Assembly (NCBI GenBank): GCA_965287045.1
Contig: OZ336879.1
Location: 61,814,001 to 61,878,000 of the forward strand
Direction of reading: 5' to 3'
Length of the DNA: 64,000 nucleotides
Origin: Carcharhinus amblyrhynchos
Taxonomy: Eukaryota
Part shown: positions 60,078-64,000 of the stretch, one piece after another
How the letters are laid out: each line of letters starts with the position of its first letter
Numbering within the stretch: the first letter of the stretch is position 1
Notes under the pieces: model-generated
The model's database searches: none
The model's input: the letters and a program-made list of their open reading frames with translations, nothing else
What the model was told of the DNA's origin: nothing
Position numbers and translations under genes: made by a program

Positions 60078-61065
60078 CCCCCACCCCCCACCCACTCCCC
60101 CCCCACCCCCCCACCACCCCCCTCCCCCCCACCACCACCCCCCACCCCCCCTCCCCCCACACCACCCCCCACCCCCCCTCCCCCCACACCACCCCCCCAC
60201 CCCCCACCCCCCCTCCCCCCCTCCCCCCCTTTCACCCCCCCACCCCCCCTTCCACCCCCCCCTTCCNNNNNNNNNNNNNNNNNNNNNNNNNNNNNNNNNN
60301 NNNNNNNNNNNNNNNNNNNNNNNNNNNNNNNNNNNNNNNNNNNNNNNNNNNNNNNNNNNNNNNNNNNNNNNNNNNNNNNNNNNNNNNNNNNNNNNNNNNN
60401 NNNNNNNNNNNNNNNNNNNNNNNNNNNNNNNNNNNNNNNNNNNNNNNNNNNNNNNNNNNNNNNNNNNNNNNNNNNNNNNNNNNNNNNNNNNNNNNNNNNN
60501 NNNNNNNNNNNNNNNNNNNNNNNNNNNNNNNNNNNNNNNNNNNNNNNNNNNNNNNNCACCCACCCGCGCACCCCCCCACCCCCACACACCCCCACACACC
60601 CCCACACACCCCACCCCCCACACCCACACACCCCACCCCCCATCCCACCCCCCACCCCCCACACCTCACCCCCCACCCCCCACCCCCCACACCTCACCCC
60701 CCACCCCCCACACCTCACCCCCCACACACCCCACCCCCCACCCCCCCCACCCCCCACACTCCCCCCCCACACTCCCCCCCCACACTCCCCCCCCACACTC
60801 CCCCCCCACACTCCCCCCCCACAACCCCCCCACCCCCCACCACCCCCACACTCGCCCCCCCCACGACCCCCACACTCGCCCCCCCACGCCGCCCGCGCGC
60901 CCCCCCCCGCGCCCCCCCGCCCCCTCCCCGCGCCCCCCCCGCCCCCTCCCCGCGCCCCCCCGCCCCCTCCCCCCGCCCCCTCCCCGCGCCCCCTCCCCGC
61001 GCCCCCTCCGCGCGCCCCCTCCGCGCGCCCCCTCCCCGCGCCCCCTCCCGCGCCCCCCCGCCCTC
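60078..61065. repeat. C-rich low-complexity / short-unit satellite around an assembly gap (N at 60267-60556, 290 nt)
   Basis: Poly-C sequence with ccacc, cacact and ccgcg units. It accounts for the Pro- and Gly-rich ORFs in the track. Confidence 0.95.
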
Positions 61066-61724
61066 TCGGAGGCCAGCAGCTCTCGATTACCCATCAGTAT
61101 CACTGGGAGTGGGGGAAGCTGAGGAAAATGCTCCCTGCCACTCCCCAGAAGTCTAGGATCAAAGAGGGACCACATGCTACAGGTGATTGAGGCAGGTTGC
61201 AGGTTCTTGGGAGGAGGACGGGGGGGTCACTGGTTGGGGGTGGTGGGGGGATTGGACAAAAAATGGCATGGGTGTGGCTCTCTTCCTCCCCCTTTCTGAA
61301 CAGGTTTCTGTGACCAAGCAGTGAGTGCCTTTAATTGAGGGAATCTCCTGGAAGCTGTGAGTTCCCTACGAGAAGGTGTCACTTGTTTGGTTACTCAGGA
61401 TTTAGACTTGTACTATCCTAGTAAGTTGGAGCTTGGAGTCAGGGAGGAGTCAAATTGCCCCTCGAAAGTTCAGAGTTCCCAACAATTCCCACAGAATCAC
61501 TGTGTCATGACTTCAACATTGTTCTGAAGTGGATGTTGGCAGGAACATCTATTCTCCAGCAATTCAGAGACCAAGAGGTCTGGGTTAATGCTTTATAATG
61601 TAATTAATGACATTAAGTTAAGTATCTAATCAGCTGAGCTCAGCAACAATCATGATTGAGTATTTAAAGACGATAGAAATGAAGTTTGTGATCTTGGTTA
61701 GCTTGATTCAATAATTATTACTTT

Positions 61725-62097
61725 TCTCAGTGAGTCAGCAGAATGTCAGTCGGTTCAAACCACACAACAACTTGAGCTCACAATCTAGGCTGGTGCTCCA
61801 TTGCAATGCTGAAGGAGCATTGGGTTCCTTAAGGTTCAGCCTTTCACTGGACTGTAAAATTGAGAACCAGTCTGCCATTTCATTGCTCAAAATTAATCAT
61901 AAAGATTCTGCGATACAATTCCAAGAAGAGCAGGAAATTTGCATTGTGGCTTAGCCAATATTTTGAATATTACTGACAACAGATTGGTTGAAATGGAAAA
62001 TTCATCTCATGGCTATTTGTGAAACATTGCTAGCACAGAATGGAAGCAATTTTAGTTAGTGTTGTAACTGTTACTGCCTTTCAGAAGTAATTTGTTG
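61725..62097 (+). mobile_element. SacSINE1-like DeuSINE, old copy (another at ~56020-56250, minus strand)
   Basis: tgagtcagcagaatgtcagtcggttcaaacc...cttgagctcacaatctaggctg head and aagaagagcagg Deu domain. Confidence 0.65.
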
Positions 62098-62229
62098 TGG
62101 CTCAGAGACTAAAGAGTTTAGACTTGAAAGATACTACATAATTGAAGTATTGTGTAAGCCTTAAGTTTTGGCAATGAAAGTAATTTTTGTTTGTAAATAC
62201 AGCTGATTAGAAAGTGCACGTAAAAATAG

Positions 62230-62965
62230 AAAGTGACTGGAATATACAGTGGCTTAAATCCATTGGGGGCCCACCTGCTGGTTGGAAAGCCGTAGAGATC
62301 CCCACACTGTCTGTTTTCAGGTAAACCCAGCAAACCACACGCCACTCAGGCATTGGCAAGGTCAGCAATGCGCCTTCCCCTGAAATCAAGACCCTGAGGC
62401 AGGGTGTCTCACCTACCAAGAGCTGTTGGCCAATCGGAAACCAGCAGCCCTCATGCTCAGCATCGCCACAGTGGGTAGGCTGTGGCTAATGCCAGAAGCA
62501 CAGGCACCAAAGTCCCAGGACGGATAAATAATGTGGAGTTCAGGGGACAGAGCGGTGCTTTGTGGGGTGGGAGTCACAGGGAGAGGTGAGCAGGGGAGGG
62601 TCAGCAGCAAGGATAGAGGGATGGCTCTTGGCAGGCCCCTTCATCCTACTTCCCAATGTCCAGTCCCTTGATGAGGCACTGAGTCCCTCTAATCAAGAGA
62701 TGCCTCCATCCAACCTCATTTCCCACTGGAAGTTACAAGTTGGCTACACAGTTTTACCTATCATTCACACCACATGATGATATGTCCATCTGCTTAATAT
62801 GATGAGGCCCTTAATTGGTCATCAGTTGGCCACTTAAGGGCTTCAGTGGGTGGCAGGGCAGGAAGGTTGACCATGGGCCTTCCCACCTAGAACTTAATTC
62901 TTGTGACAGTGAGAAGGGTTCCAGCATCCCATTTATGTAATGCCCTTTCTTCCTCCAACCTCACC
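62230..62965. mobile_element. GC-rich non-autonomous repeat of unassigned family; related copies at ~1-540, 1210-1730 and 3740-4230
   Basis: Recurring motifs ccacttaagggc / aattaaggg and ttggccaatc...cagc / tgattggc(t/c), shared among the listed segments. Confidence 0.4.
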
Positions 62966-64000
62966 ACCAGCGAGAGCACAAGACTTTTGCCAAGAAGCCA
63001 GCCAGATTCTAAGAGGAAAGGTAATTGTAGGACTTTTAGTTTAAGCATCCAGATCCCAACACTAGAATTCCATGCTGGGAATCTGCCAATGGACACGGTG
63101 GAGGAGATTTTTGAGGAGGCAGATATTTAGAGGTTGATTTCCAGAACCCTGTCCTGTTAAAGATGTTGGAAACGCTGTGTAGCCAAGAGGGCCAATGAAA
63201 GTGCATGAAGTTCTGGGTGAGAGGGTCAGCTGTGACAGTAGGTGGAGGACCAAGACAGATCCTCAACCTAGCGGCACCTGCTGGAGATTTGTAAATGATA
63301 CAAAATATACTAGTAACTGAGTTTTTATCCAGCATGGAAGGTGAAACAAAACCAGCTGTTTTCATCAGGATCATTGTAGGCTTTTGGTGCATATGGAAGA
63401 ACAGACAGGGGCTGCAATGACCACATCTTCATGATAAGATGCTGTCATAGCAACAGAATATGATTTAAAATATTAAAGCTCCAACTTTGAGATTTAGGAC
63501 TACAAAATAGTTGTACGCCAGTCCAACAGTTGGAGGGAATGTCGAATGATGGAATAGTTTGAAGATGATCCTCAGGATCTCACACATGCAGCAACATTAG
63601 GGCAGTTGTCAAAGTACTGGGGTTAAGTTGCAAAACAGCTCCAAGAAAAGCTTTACTAAAGTTTGGAGAGACGAGCTAATAATTTGAAAGCAAGGCTTGG
63701 GAATGTGAGGAATTTAGTTCAAGTTCCACCAGTTGGATAACAGAGCAGCTGCAGAATAAAATTGTCAATGTGTGGAACATTGATTTGAGGGTGTGCGATT
63801 GGGCCACATTGCCTCCATATCACAACACTAAAAACAGTGCAACAAGACCCAATTTCAGGGACCAACACCCAACCAAGAACACATGAAAAGATTCCACCTG
63901 ATTTGTGCTTCAGACCATTTTCAGCCATCTGCCACTGGAACGGGTATTAGATTGCGTGGACATGCTAAAGAGGGAGTACTGAATTGTTTGAGGACCCTTC

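Noticed and set aside
59970-61190. Long Pro-rich and Gly-rich ORFs (up to 386 aa)
   Set aside because: Artefacts of C-rich low-complexity sequence and the N gap.
63649-63687. FTKVWRDELII as the next (LTWRD) convertase exon
   Set aside because: No polypyrimidine tract, and an in-frame TGA follows immediately.
1-64000. CRISPR arrays, operons or prokaryotic defence systems
   Set aside because: The sequence is vertebrate intronic DNA; no regularly spaced repeat-spacer array or prokaryotic gene density is present.

Overview
Vertebrate genomic DNA, very likely from a shark or other elasmobranch (HE1/V-SINEs, SacSINE1-like DeuSINEs, CR1/L2/RTE/Penelope relics). It is mostly intron of one + strand gene: a divergent kexin-type proprotein convertase (PCSK, peptidase S8B). 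Six phase-compatible coding exons (38, 83, 89, 173, 228 and 101 bp; 712 bp in total) lie between 18474 and 55455. They encode the catalytic domain from just after the catalytic Asp through His, the oxyanion Asn and the catalytic Ser. The exon carrying the catalytic Asp was not found and probably lies upstream of the window; the P-domain exons were not found either and probably lie downstream. The protein does not fit furin, PC1, PC2, PC4, PC5, PACE4 or PC7: it has [19 protein letters not shown] and FRGTS motifs, and a PC2-like 38-bp exon combined with Asn in the oxyanion hole. Main non-coding observations: (1) a decayed head-to-tail Pol III cassette, tRNA-Ile / tRNA-Ser / 5S rRNA / tRNA-Lys (44774-45460), split by a SINE; (2) a near-perfect inverted repeat with 195-bp arms (57187-57678); (3) a templated ~100-bp insertion flanked by a 36-bp duplication (32723-32890); (4) a TSD-bounded, internally deleted L1 (5319-9740); (5) two Gypsy relics; (6) a 290-N assembly gap in C-rich sequence. 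Repeat family names and reference-protein comparisons are from recall, not database searches, and repeat boundaries are approximate.
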